Assembly (NCBI GenBank): GCA_963828465.1
Contig: CAWHEU010000007.1
Location: 19,039-83,038 of the forward strand
Source of the DNA: an uncultured Acidobacteriota bacterium
Lineage (GTDB): Bacteria > Actinomycetota > Acidimicrobiia > Spongiisociales > ZC4RG35
DNA length: 64,000 bases
Reading direction: 5' to 3'
Shown one piece after another: positions 1-9,871 of this stretch. Within the stretch, counting starts at the first letter, position 1, and each line of letters opens with the position of its first letter. Below the pieces are notes generated by a model. That model saw only the letters and a list, made by a program, of their open reading frames with translations. It did no database searches and was not told the origin of the DNA. A program made the position numbers and the translations under genes.

Positions 1-1
1 C

Positions 2-421
2 TTGCTGCCGTACACCGACCCGTTAGGAGTCAAGAATTGGCTGCGCTCGGTGGTCGAGTCGATTCGACCCGCCCTCGTGCTCTCACCGTGGACCGGTGAC
101 GAGCACCAGGATCACCGGTTGATGGGTCAACTGGCATGGCAGATCTTTCGGGGATCGACCATCTTGGAGTACGAGATCCCGAAATGGGAGAGCGAGCCCT
201 TCGCCCCGAATCTGCTGATACCGCTGAGCGACGGGACCGCGGAAGCCAAACTCGACCATCTAGCCAAGTCGTTTCCCAGCCAGCACGGCAAGCCCTGGTA
301 CGACATCAGCCTCTTCAGCGCGACCCTTCGGGTTCGGGGTGTGCATCACGGCTCGAGCACATACGCAGAGGGGTTCGTTGCGCGCAAGCTTGCTTTGGAG
401 CCAAGCGCCAGGGCTGATTGA
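2..421 (+). CDS. PIG-L/LmbE family N-deacetylase (5'-truncated by the window edge)
   Basis: HQDH zinc-binding motif (GDEHQDHR), ILEYEIPKW and FPSQxxKPW segments typical of PIG-L deacetylases in sugar clusters. Confidence 0.85.
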   Translation: MLPYTDPLGVKNWLRSVVESIRPALVLSPWTGDEHQDHRLMGQLAWQIFRGSTILEYEIPKWESEPFAPNLLIPLSDGTAEAKLDHLAKSFPSQHGKPWYDISLFSATLRVRGVHHGSSTYAEGFVARKLALEPSARAD

Positions 422-467
422 CCCATGCCGGGGTCAATCTCGAATCGCCAACCCGGGGTCTGATCGC

Positions 468-1280
468 CTAGGTCCAGCTTGGTTCAGGCTGCCACGGATG
501 CGCGTCCTGTCGCCACACCTGCCATGGTGCCAGGCCGGATTCGTGGATCTCGTCGAGCATCTGCTTTTCCTTGAACGTGTCCATGCAGGCCCAGAACCCG
601 TCGTGCACATAGGCACCGAGCCGTGATTCCTCGATCATGCGCCCGAAGGGTTCCTCTACGAGTTCCTCTCCGTTCCGCATGTATTCGAAAACCTTGTTCT
701 GCATCACGAAGAAACCACCGTTGATTCGTGTCGCCTCGGTTTGCGCGTTGCGAATGGAGCTGACCCGCCCGTCGTCCTCGATATCAACCGTGTGAAAGCT
801 GACGTTGGGTTTGACGGCGACGAAGGTGGCGACGTGGTTGTGCGTTTGCCCGAACTCGATCATCTCATTGAGGTTCAGGTCGGTCAGGCCATCGGTGTAG
901 TTCGCCAGAAACCAGTCCTCGTCCTCGAGCAGATGCTGGACCGACATCAATCGCTCTCCAACCGAGGACTTGAGGCCGGTGTCGACGAACGTGATCCGCC
1001 AATCCGAGATATCGGAGTTGAGAAGGGTGACGTCGCGTCCCCCGTTGCTCAGAACGAAGTCATTGGACTCGTACTCGCTGTAGTTGAGGAAGTAGCTCTT
1101 GATGGCGTTCGCCTGATTGCCGAGGGCCAGGATGAAGTCCTTGTGCCCGTAGTGGGCGTAGTACTTCATGACGTGCCAGATGATCGGCCTTTGGCCGATC
1201 TTCACCAGGGGTTTGGGCACACTGTCCTCATGTTCCCTGAGTCTCATGCCGAGACCGCCGCAGAAGAGGACCACCTTCAT
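468..1280 (-). CDS. rfbF: Glucose-1-phosphate cytidylyltransferase family protein
   Basis: N-terminal MKVVLFCGGLGMRLRE...PKPLV, INGGFFV and GFWACMDT motifs. Confidence 0.9.
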   Translation of the reverse strand: MKVVLFCGGLGMRLREHEDSVPKPLVKIGQRPIIWHVMKYYAHYGHKDFILALGNQANAIKSYFLNYSEYESNDFVLSNGGRDVTLLNSDISDWRITFVDTGLKSSVGERLMSVQHLLEDEDWFLANYTDGLTDLNLNEMIEFGQTHNHVATFVAVKPNVSFHTVDIEDDGRVSSIRNAQTEATRINGGFFVMQNKVFEYMRNGEELVEEPFGRMIEESRLGAYVHDGFWACMDTFKEKQMLDEIHESGLAPWQVWRQDAHPWQPEPSWT

Positions 1281-1313
1281 GTCAGTGGACGGCAGGTAGT
1301 GCGGGTGAGCATG

Positions 1314-2642
1314 TCATCTCACCGCCGCGGCCAATAAGTCGGCGAGCCATGTCTCACCTCGGAAGTCTTCGTACTGCTCAGACCTCAGCCGGTCGGACAG
1401 ACGGCCCTCGGGGAGGATGACGTCGTCGTAGCTGAGAACTTGGTCCTGGCTGATGTCGTTGACGAGGCGACAGCCCTCGACAAGCCCTTCCGGCAGGTAG
1501 CGGCCCGTTGACATCTCATCGGCATTGACCGCCTCTCCGTAGGTCATGTACATGCCGTAGTCGTCGAGAATTTCACCGGCCTTCAGGTCCCTCTTGGCGA
1601 CTGCGCAGACCTCGACCACCGGCCCTCCCAGAGGGGGAGCGACCTCATCCCGGAACAACACGACTCGCGCAATGGAGTTGTGGACCTCGAATTGCACCAA
1701 ATGGTACGGAGTGAAGAACGAGTAGAGAGGCCCGTCGCCCATCTTGTACAGCTTCAGATAGTGCTGTTGCTTCGGATCCGGGTGCTCGGCGAGGACGTAG
1801 ACCTTGGTGTGGGGGGTGCCGACCACATAGTCGACAATGCCCCCGAGCTCCCTCAACTCGTCGATGTCGTACAACTCCCCAATTGTCATGACGTCACCGC
1901 GATACTCCAGGCCCCTCGACATTCCGCGCGAGCGCACCTGGAAGCCGGTGGCATTGGCAACGATCGATTGCTCGAAGCTGACCTTGGTCCCGTCGGCGAA
2001 GCTGGTGACCATCGTCGGGTTCTGCCCCCATTGCTCGGCGAAGCCCTGCTGAGTAGTCGGGTTCCGATATGGGTCTTGCAGGCCTTTGACGTTGCCGATC
2101 ACCCTCGGGATCAAGCCCAGCCCGACGACCCACCGCACGAGATCCATCTGAACTCCCGGCTCATCACCGTTGCAGGCGGATAGGAGACGCCCGGCCCGAG
2201 CCGCGTACTTCCGTAACACCGGGCCCACTGTCCCGTCCAGCTCGGCATTCATCAGGACGACGTCTTTGTCGTTCTCAAAGGCGTCGAGGGCGACTCGTGC
2301 TCCGAACTCGACTGAACCGGTCACGTCGACGATCACGTCGATGTTCTCGGATTGGGTGATCGAGAATGCGTCATCGGTGACGACCGGGCGGCCGGAGCGG
2401 ATCGCATCCTCCAATTCCCCAGGGCCGCTGGCTTCGACGACATCTGGCAGACCGGCGTACTTGTAGACCCGGGCCGCACGGTCGGGTGCCCGGTTGAAAA
2501 TGGCCGAAATCTCCATTCCTGGCACGCTGTTGGCTACCTGGTTGGTCAGCCCTTGAGCCATGAACCCGGCACCGATCAAGCCCACGCGAATCGGTTTGGA
2601 GGCGGCAGCCCGCGCCTTTAGAGCCTCATCGACGAGAATCAT
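1314..2642 (-). CDS. NAD(P)-dependent oxidoreductase with C-terminal SAF domain (COG4091 type)
   Basis: Rossmann GLIGAGFM, GDEPG, SFADGTK; C-terminal AVAKRDLKAGEILD SAF-like domain; ATG at 2642 (MILVD) preferred over TTG 2651. Confidence 0.85.
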   Translation of the reverse strand: MILVDEALKARAAASKPIRVGLIGAGFMAQGLTNQVANSVPGMEISAIFNRAPDRAARVYKYAGLPDVVEASGPGELEDAIRSGRPVVTDDAFSITQSENIDVIVDVTGSVEFGARVALDAFENDKDVVLMNAELDGTVGPVLRKYAARAGRLLSACNGDEPGVQMDLVRWVVGLGLIPRVIGNVKGLQDPYRNPTTQQGFAEQWGQNPTMVTSFADGTKVSFEQSIVANATGFQVRSRGMSRGLEYRGDVMTIGELYDIDELRELGGIVDYVVGTPHTKVYVLAEHPDPKQQHYLKLYKMGDGPLYSFFTPYHLVQFEVHNSIARVVLFRDEVAPPLGGPVVEVCAVAKRDLKAGEILDDYGMYMTYGEAVNADEMSTGRYLPEGLVEGCRLVNDISQDQVLSYDDVILPEGRLSDRLRSEQYEDFRGETWLADLLAAAVR

Positions 2643-2672
2643 TGTTCCCAACCCCCATTTCCTGTCCCTCCA

Positions 2673-3239
2673 TCAGCCTAACCCCATCCTTTCCTCTAGG
2701 TCATCCCGAATCTCTTCGAATGCCGGCCAGGCTCCATCTTTCGGTGAAACGACCGCGACGGGCAACGGCCAGGCGATATCAAGCTGTGGATCGTCGTACC
2801 TCAGGCCGCCTTCGGTCCCGGGGGTGTAGAACTCCCCGGCCTGGTAACTGGTCTCGGTCTTGTCGCGGAGGGTTTGATAGCCATGGGCGAACCTCTCCGG
2901 CACGTAGAGCGCTCGGTGGTTCTCCTCGTTCAGCTCTACCTGGAGATGCTCCAGGTAGGTGGGGCTCTCGGGTCTGAGGTCGACGATGGTGTCCACGATC
3001 GCCCCTCGGGTGCAGCGGACGAGTTTCGACTCGGCGGCAGGGGGATACTGAAAGTGCATCCCGCGCAACGTGCCCTTGACCAGGTTGAAGGCGATGTTTG
3101 CTTGTGCAATGACCGGGTTGAGACCGTGGTCAGTGAATTCGTTCTGGCAGAACGCACGGGCGAAGAAACCTCGATCGTCCTCGATCTTCTCGAGGTCGAT
3201 GACATACGCCCCCGCAACATCGGTCTCGGTGAAGATCAT
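2673..3239 (-). CDS. rfbC: NDP-4-keto-sugar 3,5-epimerase (RmlC/RfbC cupin)
   Basis: DDRGFF, GTLRGMHFQ, KLVRC, VDLRPESPT, FAHGYQTL motifs. Confidence 0.92.
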   Translation of the reverse strand: MIFTETDVAGAYVIDLEKIEDDRGFFARAFCQNEFTDHGLNPVIAQANIAFNLVKGTLRGMHFQYPPAAESKLVRCTRGAIVDTIVDLRPESPTYLEHLQVELNEENHRALYVPERFAHGYQTLRDKTETSYQAGEFYTPGTEGGLRYDDPQLDIAWPLPVAVVSPKDGAWPAFEEIRDDLEERMGLG

Positions 3240-3447
3240 GCGAACTCTTTCCCTCTCACGGGTTGCTCCTCCCCGTCCGCCTCCCGACGGGGGACCCGCT
3301 CACGGCGGGCGAAGATGCCCAGCGAAGGAACGACCACTGTGCGTGGTCGCACGGGCCTCTCTAGCGCGCAGTCCGCGCGGCCGGCAGTGGACTCGGATTC
3401 AGGCGACATCAGCGTCACGGCTCGCGACCCGGCGTCTCCGATGCGCA

Positions 3448-4131
3448 TCAGTGGCCCTTCCGGCCGACCATTGCCATTGGGGTCCTGACCAGAATCCCGA
3501 TGTCGTGGGCGAAGCTGATCTGCTTGAGATATTCGAGATCGATCTCGGTGTGCTGATACATCAAGTCGCCGTTGTGGTTGGAGACCTGCCATGGGCCGGT
3601 CACCCCAGGCTTGACCAGATGACGGTCGTGTTGCCAGGGCTCGTAGCGGCGGACGATCTCGGGGAGCTCGGGCCGAGGTCCCACCATGCTCATCTCACCC
3701 TTGACCACATTGAGGAACTGCGGCAGCTCATCGAATCGTGTGGCCCGGAGCGCCTTCCCTACCAGCGTTACCCTGGGGTCGTCCACCGATTTGTGAACGA
3801 GCCTTCGGTCGGCGCCGCTGTAGACATCCTCACCGACACGTCGGTCGGGGATCATGGTCCTGATCTTGTAGAGCCGAAAGACACGCCCACCGAGCCCGAT
3901 CCGCTCCTGGCTGTAGAAAACTGGGCGGCCCATGGTCAGGAACACCGCGAGGGCCGAAGCGGCGATAACGGGGCTGAACAGAATGAGAAATAGAAGGCCG
4001 ATCGCTCGGTCGAGCATCGGTTTGATCATCCGCGGATACGGGCCTGACGGTGCTGATGCACTCTCATCACGCCAAGGTCTGCCGCCCACAGGTAACACGG
4101 GCGCAAGCGCCTCACCCTTACGAGCCCACAT
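3448..4131 (-). CDS. Priming sugar transferase (Bac_transf phosphoglycosyl transferase)
   Basis: One TM helix then QERIG, YKIRTM, DDPRVT, DELPQFLNV, MSMVGPRPE, KPGVTG; start uncertain (4131 has SD AGGGGAG; 4188 and 4221 are in frame). Confidence 0.9.
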   Translation of the reverse strand: MWARKGEALAPVLPVGGRPWRDESASAPSGPYPRMIKPMLDRAIGLLFLILFSPVIAASALAVFLTMGRPVFYSQERIGLGGRVFRLYKIRTMIPDRRVGEDVYSGADRRLVHKSVDDPRVTLVGKALRATRFDELPQFLNVVKGEMSMVGPRPELPEIVRRYEPWQHDRHLVKPGVTGPWQVSNHNGDLMYQHTEIDLEYLKQISFAHDIGILVRTPMAMVGRKGH

Positions 4132-4480
4132 CGTCTCGTCTCCCCTAAGTTGGATAGCCCCAAGGATCTGTTCGATCCTGGCGACCATGTTACCACCACC
4201 GAGAGTGGTGGGAAGAGCCACCTCGAGAGTTTCAGATTCGGAATGCCGGTATGAGCGGTGATGCGCAACAATTACGTATTGGTGTTGTCCAACCTGATGA
4301 CTCGGGACAAATTCAGGTCTGGCGTGATTTCGTCATCCAGGTCAGAATGAACGCCTGCGAGGCTGGATCGAGTTGCGGGGAAGTGGGGTTTTCCAGCATG
4401 GGGAGTGACTTCGTTTTGTGGGGGTGTCCGATGGTTCCGACGTTGACGTCTGGCTCGATGTGGAGTCGAGAGGACCTCGC

Positions 4481-6646
4481 TTGAGGCAGATAGCTCAGAA
4501 CTACAAGACCGGTGAGGTGAAGCTCGTCGAGGTGCCGGTCCCGGCGTGTCGGCCCGGCGGAGTGGTGGTTCGCAGCGAATACTCCCTGATCTCCGCGGGC
4601 ACCGAGTTGATGAAGATCGCCGAGAGCAAGATGTCCCTCGTCGGCAAGGCCAGGGCGAGGCCCGATCAGGTTCGGAAAGTGCTCGAATCGGTCTCACAGC
4701 AGGGTGTGGGCGCCACTTATCGCAAGGTCATGAACCGCCTCGACTCCTACACCCCGCTTGGGTACTCGTTGTCGGGCACCGTCGTCGAGTCCATGGTTCC
4801 TGAACTGCCGGTGGGCAGCCGTGTCGCTTGTGGCGGGAACGAGTATGCGCTGCACGCCGAGTTCAACTATGTGCCACGCAACCTGTGCGCTCTCGTTCCC
4901 GACGGAGTCAAAGCCGAGCACGCCGCGTTCGCCACAGTGGGCGCCATCGCGATGCAGGCCTTCCGGCGTTCGGAGGCTGTGATCGGCGAGACCGTCTGTG
5001 TGATCGGGCTGGGTCTCATCGGCCAGCTGCTCGTCCAGATCGCCGATGCGGCCGGAGTCAACGTCTTCGGATTGGACCCGTCGGAGGAGCGCTGCGGTCT
5101 GGCCGAACGATCTGGCGCCCGCGCAGCTGGGGCCCCCAGCGGGCCTTCGGCATCCCGGGTCAGAGATAGGATTCTCGAGATCACCGATGGCCACGGCGCT
5201 GATGTGGTGTTCCTCGCCGCCGCAACCGACTCCGCCGAGCCGGTGAGCATGGCAGTGGAAATCGCACGGGACAGGGCTCGGATCGTGGATGTGGGCAAAC
5301 TGCCGCTCGACCTCCCGTGGAAGCCCTACTACGAGAAGGAGATCGACGTGCGCTTCTCGAGGTCTTATGGCCCGGGGAGGTACGACCCGACATATGAAGA
5401 AGACGGTGTGGACTACCCGATCGGGTACGTGAGGTGGACAGAGCAGCGGAACATGAAGTCGTTCCTCGATCTGGTTGCCGCCGACCGGATCGGCCTGGAG
5501 ACTCTCATCGACGAGATCATCCCGTTCGAAGCTTCGGTCGAGGCATACGAACGGCTCCTCTCTGGAGAGTCACGCGCTATCGGGAGCTTGTTCGGATACC
5601 CGCAAGAGACACTGGTCGAACGAGTTCTTCACCTGGGTGGACAGGCAGAGTTCGCTCCCAGATCGGGGAAGGTCGGCCTCGGGGTCATCGGCAGTGGCAA
5701 CTACGCCACCACCATGTTGTTGCCACACCTGGCCTCGAACCCCAATGTGCACCTCTCGGTGGTGGCCACGGCCACAGCGCTTTCTGGCGCAACGGCACAG
5801 GAGAGATTCGGGTTCGATCGGATCACGTCTGACTATCGGACCCTGATCGACGACGACGCTGTCGATGCTGTCGTGATCGCCACACGCCACGATCTGCATG
5901 CGCCGATGGTCTCCGAGATGATCGCTGCGGGTAAGGCGGTGTTCGTAGAGAAGCCTCTGGCCACGAACGCAGGGGAACTCGATCAGGTGATCGAATCGAT
6001 CCGGTCATCAGGCAATCAACGTCTCATGGTCGGATTCAATCGCAGGTTCGCGCCGTTGCTTCGCCAACTCAAAGATGCTTGGGGCGAAGCGAACGGCGAG
6101 CAACACCTTCACTACGTCGTCAATGCCGGACCTCTCGACAACGACAGCTGGTATCGAGACGTGTCCCGTTACGGTTCCCGCTTCGATGGCGAGGGTGGCC
6201 ATTTCATAGATGTGTTGTCGTGGTGGCTGGGCGAGGACCCGGTTGATGTGGCGGGCCATCCATCCCCTGGAGAGGTCGACGACCTCGAGGTGATTCTGCG
6301 CTTTCCCGGCGGGTCGGTCGGGATCATCTCATATCTCACCAGAGGGAGCCGTGCCTACCCGAAAGAGACCTTCCTCGTGTCCGGGGAATCGCGCACCGCC
6401 CGGCTCGACAATTTCAAGGAGGCCACTATTTGGTCGGATCGGGGTAGGACGGTTCGTCGCTCCAGGGGGAAGGTGGACAAAGGTCAGGCCACCCAGATAG
6501 GAGCGTTCGTGGAGGCGATCAGGGCGGGATCGGATATGCCCATAGCCGTCGAATCGTTGTTGAGCACGACCGAGGCCACTCTGCTGGCGCAGACGAGCGC
6601 CCAGTCGGGGCGTGCCGCTTCTCTCCGCCGTCCGTCGGGCGATTGA
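4481..6646 (+). CDS. Bi-domain oxidoreductase (Zn-ADH-like + Gfo/Idh/MocA)
   Basis: SLISAGTE, PLGYS, GLGLIG, SYGPGRYD...YVRWTEQRN; second domain GSGNYA, EKPLA, GFNRRFAP; TTG start at 4481 after GAGAGGA. Confidence 0.9.
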   Translation: MRQIAQNYKTGEVKLVEVPVPACRPGGVVVRSEYSLISAGTELMKIAESKMSLVGKARARPDQVRKVLESVSQQGVGATYRKVMNRLDSYTPLGYSLSGTVVESMVPELPVGSRVACGGNEYALHAEFNYVPRNLCALVPDGVKAEHAAFATVGAIAMQAFRRSEAVIGETVCVIGLGLIGQLLVQIADAAGVNVFGLDPSEERCGLAERSGARAAGAPSGPSASRVRDRILEITDGHGADVVFLAAATDSAEPVSMAVEIARDRARIVDVGKLPLDLPWKPYYEKEIDVRFSRSYGPGRYDPTYEEDGVDYPIGYVRWTEQRNMKSFLDLVAADRIGLETLIDEIIPFEASVEAYERLLSGESRAIGSLFGYPQETLVERVLHLGGQAEFAPRSGKVGLGVIGSGNYATTMLLPHLASNPNVHLSVVATATALSGATAQERFGFDRITSDYRTLIDDDAVDAVVIATRHDLHAPMVSEMIAAGKAVFVEKPLATNAGELDQVIESIRSSGNQRLMVGFNRRFAPLLRQLKDAWGEANGEQHLHYVVNAGPLDNDSWYRDVSRYGSRFDGEGGHFIDVLSWWLGEDPVDVAGHPSPGEVDDLEVILRFPGGSVGIISYLTRGSRAYPKETFLVSGESRTARLDNFKEATIWSDRGRTVRRSRGKVDKGQATQIGAFVEAIRAGSDMPIAVESLLSTTEATLLAQTSAQSGRAASLRRPSGD

Positions 6647-8631
6647 GTCTCAGCTGGTACATCCACCGCCTTGCGGCCATGGGCCCTGGCGAGATCGTCC
6701 ACCGGGCCAAGGACTCCGGGGTGAAGGTGATCACCGGGGTCGAGGAGAAAAGGCTGCGAGAAGCCGGGGCGAGGCGGGCAGAGGGCGGATTTGCCACTCC
6801 ATTCGTCCGGCTGCCTGAGACTCCCTCCGACACTGCGCTCGAAGGTCTGGCAAACGCTGTCGAGTCGCTCTCCGAAGGCCGGGTCCAGGTTTTCGGCGTC
6901 GAGCGAACCGACATGGGGGACAAGCCTGATTGGTTCATGGACCCTAAGACCGGGTTGCGCGCCCCGGCTGCACAGTCGGCCTTTCGCATCAACCAGCGCG
7001 GGTGGCGGGGCAGCCTGAAGCACGTTTGGGAGCCGTCCCGGCATCAGCATCTGACGGTGTTGGCCGGCGCCGCCCGGTTTCGTGGCGATCCGGAGGCCGC
7101 CCGGTTGCTCATGACCCAATTGGATAGTTGGTGGCGGGCGAACCCCCCGTTTCGTGGCATCCATTGGACGAGCGGAATCGAGATCGGAATGCGGCTGCTC
7201 TCCTGGGTCTGGATCAGACGTCTGCTCGACTACGACGACCGAGCCCCCGGCTGGTTCGAGGAGAACCCGCGGTTTCTCGACCAGCTCTTTGCCCACCAGC
7301 TGTGGCTCGACCGCCTGCCGAGTCATGGCACCTCGGCCAACAACCATGCCATCGCCGAGTGGGCCGGCCAGTTCACGGCAGCCTGCGCGTTTCCCCTCTT
7401 TCCCGAATCTTCTCGGTGGAGAGAGCGGGCGGGCCGGCGCCTCGTCGCCGAGGCGAAGCGGCAGATCGATGGCGACGGCGTGGACCGAGAGCTGGCCACC
7501 GACTATCACGGCTTCGTTGCGGAATTGTTCATCCTCGCCGGGCTCGAGGGGGAGCGGGCCGGCTCTGGCCTTGGAGACGAGTTCTGGGTCCGCGTTCGCT
7601 CCATGGTCGATGTCGTGGCGGCGATGCTCGATGTCGCCGGGAGACCGCCCCGTCAGGGAGACTCGGATGATGCGATTGCACTCTTGCTCGATGGTTCGGG
7701 GTTCGACCGGTGGGCGTCACTGCTCGTCACAGGGTCCGCGCTCTTCGGGCGGCTCGACTGGTGGCCCACACCGCAAGTCGTAGGCGACGTTCGGAGCTCG
7801 GCCCTCGCCGCATTGGCCTCCGTCGGCGCGTTGCCAGATGGTCGACCGTCGGTCCGGCCGGTGTCATTCCAGGAGTCCGGTATGACAATCCTGAGGGCAC
7901 GGCCTGGTGGGCCGTCCGAGATCTGGTGTCGTTGCGACGGTGGCCCTCTCGGCTACATGTCAACAGCCGCCCACGGCCATGACGACGCTCTGTCTATCGA
8001 GGTGAGACACGGCGGGGTGGACGTTCTAGCGGATCCGGGTACGTACTGCTATCAGTTAGAGCCATTCTGGCGGTCGTACTTCCGATCGATCCGGGCCCAC
8101 AACACCCTCGAACTCGCCAAAGCGAGCCATGCCCAGCAGACGGGGCCCTTCATGTGGTCCTCAGCCGAGCGATCTGGTGTGGCCGAGATCTCTGAGAGCC
8201 CGGTGACGAGATGGACAGGCTATTGCATTCGACCTCACGTGGACGGCGGGGAGATAGAGCACCGGAGGACGGTGGCCGTCGACGACGCCGGCGTGACGAT
8301 CGAGGACGTCGTTGACCGGGCTAGCCCGGCCAGAATGCGCTTCCACCTCGGCCCATCCGTGGAATGCGTGCTCGACGGGAACGTTGCGCAGCTGTCATGG
8401 GTGTCTCTCGATGGCCGGGCCGAGTCGTCGAGGATGGAGCTCAGCGGGTCGCTGACGTGGCGATCCGCGCGCGGCCACGATGCAGAGCCCCTCGGCTGGT
8501 ACTCGCCGGGCTTCGACGTGCGTCTTGCTGCCTTCGCTCTCGAAGGTGAAGGCGAAATGAGTCCCGGTGAGGTTTTGACGACTCGGCTCTCCGTGAGCGG
8601 CGGGGGATCTGCTGAGGGGGCTGGAGCCTGA
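6643..8631 (+). CDS. Heparinase II/III family protein
   Basis: WEPSRHQHL, ANNH, AAHGHDDALS, LADPGTYCY, FRSIRAHNT motifs; overlaps the upstream stop. Confidence 0.88.
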   Translation: MSLSWYIHRLAAMGPGEIVHRAKDSGVKVITGVEEKRLREAGARRAEGGFATPFVRLPETPSDTALEGLANAVESLSEGRVQVFGVERTDMGDKPDWFMDPKTGLRAPAAQSAFRINQRGWRGSLKHVWEPSRHQHLTVLAGAARFRGDPEAARLLMTQLDSWWRANPPFRGIHWTSGIEIGMRLLSWVWIRRLLDYDDRAPGWFEENPRFLDQLFAHQLWLDRLPSHGTSANNHAIAEWAGQFTAACAFPLFPESSRWRERAGRRLVAEAKRQIDGDGVDRELATDYHGFVAELFILAGLEGERAGSGLGDEFWVRVRSMVDVVAAMLDVAGRPPRQGDSDDAIALLLDGSGFDRWASLLVTGSALFGRLDWWPTPQVVGDVRSSALAALASVGALPDGRPSVRPVSFQESGMTILRARPGGPSEIWCRCDGGPLGYMSTAAHGHDDALSIEVRHGGVDVLADPGTYCYQLEPFWRSYFRSIRAHNTLELAKASHAQQTGPFMWSSAERSGVAEISESPVTRWTGYCIRPHVDGGEIEHRRTVAVDDAGVTIEDVVDRASPARMRFHLGPSVECVLDGNVAQLSWVSLDGRAESSRMELSGSLTWRSARGHDAEPLGWYSPGFDVRLAAFALEGEGEMSPGEVLTTRLSVSGGGSAEGAGA

Positions 8632-8639
8632 CGGTCGGG

Positions 8640-9871
8640 TCAGACAGGGCGGGACTTCGCCGCCACGCCGTCCCGTGACAAATTGGCGAAAGCTCGCTCA
8701 TAGGCTCTCAGCAGATGAGGGACCGAGTGCTCCCAACTCAGAGTGCTCTCCAGTCGACTCCTCCCCGCGGTGGACATCCGCCTCCGTCGCTCTGGGTCAT
8801 CCAGGAGTTGATCGAGGATTTCAGCGAAATCGGCTTCATCACCGGATCGCGCCGGAGCCACGGCATCCTCGGCGGACCTCATCGTTTCGGTGAGGTCGAA
8901 GGCGACAATCGGCAGGCCGAAGTACATGTACTCCATGATCTTGTTCATGGTGGACCGGTCCGACCAGCTGTTCTTCGGGACCGTGTCTACCGCCACCGTT
9001 GCCGACGACAATGCACGGCAGAGGACGTCATCTGACACGACACCGGTGAACGTGAAGAGATGATCCACGCCCAACTCCTCTGCGTACTGCTTTACATCCT
9101 GCCAGGCCGACCCGCCACCGATGACAACGGTGTGGAAGTCGTCCCGTCGCTCACTCAGCAGTGCCACCACCCTGACGAGGCCATCGACGCCGTCCTGGGC
9201 CGAGATGTCACCGAGGTAGGCGATTACGTGCTCCTTCGATTTTGCCCACGCCGGGTCCGGGGGATAGACGGTCAGTCGCTTCAGATCGGGCCCTGACCTG
9301 ACTATCGCAACCCGGTCTGCGCTCACACCGCCGCGTTCGATGGCCACTGTCCGGTGGCTCTCGTTGGTGGCCAGGATCATGTCGGCTGTCCGAAAGGACC
9401 GGCGCTCCATGAAGAGCAGGAGCGATGAATAAGACCGCTTCTCACCCCGAACTTGGCTTCGAACATCTCCGGAGAGAGGTCGTGGTGATCGAACACGAAC
9501 CTCTTCCCCGCCAGCCGCCAGATCAGGGCGAGGACCCAGTATGTCTCGGGTGGATTACAGGCATGTATGACGTCGAAGCCCCGGCCCTGTGTGGCCACCC
9601 TCAACGAGAGGAGAAAGGTGGCAAGCCATGCCAACGAGAACTCTGCCAGGAATCCGAGCTTGGATCGCGGGTCGAACGGCATCGAGTAGCGAAACACCTC
9701 GACGTCCTCGATCGTCTCGTGGGACTCGTTGAATCCCTTCAGCTTCGGACAGATGACCGATACCTGGTAGCCCCGTGCCTGCAAGGTGGTCGCTTCGAGC
9801 CAGACCCGCCGGTCAAATGGCACCGGCAGGTTCTGGACGATGATCAGGACACGCCTACCAGCCGATGCCAA
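8640..9871 (-). CDS. GT4 glycosyltransferase (one frameshift near 9420)
   Basis: ORF 9377-9883 (NLPVPFDRRVW, HACNPPE, FDHHDLSPE) joins ORF 8640-9410 (STMNKIMEYM, PIVAFDL); TTG start overlaps the end of the upstream gene. Confidence 0.85.
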
